From an uncultured Actinomycetes bacterium (GTDB taxonomy: Bacteria > Actinomycetota > Thermoleophilia > Gaiellales > Gaiellaceae): a stretch of DNA of 64,000 nt. Each line of letters starts with the position of its first letter. Within the stretch, counting starts at the first letter, position 1. Positions 63,022-64,000 of the stretch are shown in pieces. Made by a program: the position numbers and the translations under genes. The stretch spans positions 88,786-152,785 of the forward strand of contig CAWFDH010000005.1 in NCBI GenBank assembly GCA_963814525.1, given 5' to 3'. The notes under the pieces are model-generated. The model had not been told where the DNA came from and made no database searches. It saw nothing but the letters and a program-made list of their open reading frames with translations.

Positions 63022-63459
63022 CTACGCGGCGACGCGCGTCTCGAGATGCTGGTGCGAGGGGCAGTACTCGCGCTCGGGGAGCGGCGTGCGCTGGCACGGC
63101 TTCCCCTTGCGGGTCGTGGCGCGGCAGCGGGCGATCCCGCCGTCGAACGCACCCGACTCGATCTGCTCCTCGATGTAGCCGACCGCGGCGCCGATCCCCT
63201 GCGTGATCGCCCAGTTGACCTGCGCCTGGTAGGCGATGGGGAAGTAGCGGCGGATGTCCTGGAAGAGGGCCCGGTCCGGCCGCGAGAAGTACCGCGGATC
63301 CTTGGCCAGCCGCTCGACCGTGTCCTCGCACGCGGCGAGCACTTCGCGCTTGTACTCCATCCGGGTCTCGGGGTCGACGTACGGGTCGACGAGATCCATG
63401 ATCGAGCGGTAGACCGCCCGGGAGTACTGATACATGCGAGGTAGGAGAGTGTCGGTCAT
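63022..63459 (-). CDS. hypothetical protein with a C-terminal C-x9-C-x10-C-x2-H zinc-knuckle-like motif
   Basis: Intact 145-aa ORF with a helical N-terminal domain. The C-terminus reads RCRATTRKGKPCQRTPLPEREYCPSHQH. Confidence 0.5.
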   Translation of the reverse strand: MTDTLLPRMYQYSRAVYRSIMDLVDPYVDPETRMEYKREVLAACEDTVERLAKDPRYFSRPDRALFQDIRRYFPIAYQAQVNWAITQGIGAAVGYIEEQIESGAFDGGIARCRATTRKGKPCQRTPLPEREYCPSHQHLETRVAA

Positions 63460-63523
63460 GGGCTACCTCGTCATTATCCGAGGTCTGCGTTAAAGCGCTG
63501 CAAACGATCGTTAATTTCGTGTT

Positions 63524-63546
63524 AAGAGGGCCCCGCGAGCCCTCTT
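63524..63546 (-). terminator. stem-loop after the SPOR-domain gene (8-bp perfect stem)
   Basis: AAGAGGGC-N7-GCCCTCTT, in an unusually AT-rich spacer. Confidence 0.45.
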
Positions 63547-63590
63547 GGAAAGCCAGTTTATCGCCTTTTGGCGCTGTTACAAAGTCGCCG

Positions 63591-64000
63591 CTATTTCGGG
63601 ACGATCTGGCGGACGTAGGCGCTCGAGTAGCCGGCGCTCTTCGCTGCGGTGACGTTCTGCTGGGCGGCGCTCTGCGTGTTCTTCACGCCGCTGAAGACGA
63701 CCCAGAAGCCGGGCGTCAGGCCCTGGAAGTTGTCGGAGTCGAGGACGCCGACCTCGCTCAGCCCCTTGTTCTTCGCCGCCTGCGCCTTCGACTCGGCTGC
63801 GGCCTTGCCCGCGCTGGCCGGCACCGACTCGAGGATGGCCGTGTAGCCGCTCTGGCCGCTGGGCCATTGCGTCAGTCCGGACGCACCCGTTGTCGTCGTT
63901 CCGTGGTCGTGCGTCGTCGTGGCCTGCGTCGTCGTGGGGGCGGTCGTCGTCGAGAAGGTCGTGCTCGGGACCGTCGGGACGAAGGTCGAGGTCGTCGGCA
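63591..64000 (-). CDS. SPOR-domain (peptidoglycan-binding) protein, 5'-partial at the window edge
   Basis: The C-terminus GYTAILESVPASAGKAAAESKAQAAKNKGL...GFWVVFSGVKNTQSAAQQNVTAAKSAGYSSAYVRQIVPK fits a SPOR repeat. Upstream, the same frame encodes a Thr-rich linker and stays open to position 64000. Confidence 0.6.
   Translation of the reverse strand, partial: PTTSTFVPTVPSTTFSTTTAPTTTQATTTHDHGTTTTGASGLTQWPSGQSGYTAILESVPASAGKAAAESKAQAAKNKGLSEVGVLDSDNFQGLTPGFWVVFSGVKNTQSAAQQNVTAAKSAGYSSAYVRQIVPK

Noticed and set aside
63775-63870. An apparent 1-nt disagreement between my manual base count and the ORF-track coordinates for ORFs 63591..63824 and 63577..63867
   Set aside because: The translated sequences match the track if one C in a GCCGCCCTG run is dropped. 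This is most likely my own miscount of a homopolymer, so I follow the track coordinates.

Overview
This 64 kb window is high-GC (roughly 70%), tightly packed bacterial chromosome. Its gene content looks like a deep-branching Actinomycetota (whiA, a fused PafBC-type regulator, Flp pilin, MMPL transporters); a Thermoleophilia/Rubrobacteria-like origin is inference only.

Most of it is core metabolism:
- pruA, ogt-whiA and gap-pgk-tpiA-gpmI
- argS, glpX and a class I aldolase
- hemA-hemL, lysA and a sigma-70
- a beta-glucoside ABC/GH1 locus with a LacI repressor
- ccmE-ccmF, hpt, queG and dinB

One tRNA-Gly(CCC) is present. I saw no rRNA, CRISPR array, transposase or integrase.

**Main caveat.** At least about 40 reading-frame changes interrupt roughly 25 of about 60 genes, including genes expected to be essential (tpiA, hemA, hemL, lysA, fba, the sigma-70). 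Protein homology continues cleanly in a neighbouring frame each time. This looks like indel error in the assembly rather than biology, although a few genes are hit so often that real decay is possible. All coordinates for frameshifted genes are outer bounds. The ORF track also omits ORFs that run off the window edge and ORFs under 60 aa; one of each is reported here.

**Most interesting locus (50560-54490).** Four genes are joined by ATGA overlaps: a metallophosphoesterase, a cyclic 2,3-diphosphoglycerate synthetase-like gene, a 2-phosphoglycerate kinase-like gene and a divergent second GlpX. This is an archaeal-type thermoprotectant (cDPG) pathway in a bacterial operon, with two uncharacterised phosphatase partners.

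**Other notable points:**
- an orphan contractile-tail sheath C-terminal mini-ORF
- a CxxxY-type CcmE
- an ECF sigma sharing a CTAG stop with a membrane Ser/Thr kinase
- a secreted TIM-barrel/PKD/PASTA protein
- a 52-aa Flp pilin missed by the track
- a LexA-type box on a leaderless radical-SAM gene
- a recurrent shared-CTAG stop at convergent gene pairs

All family calls come from reading motifs in the translations; no database search was run.
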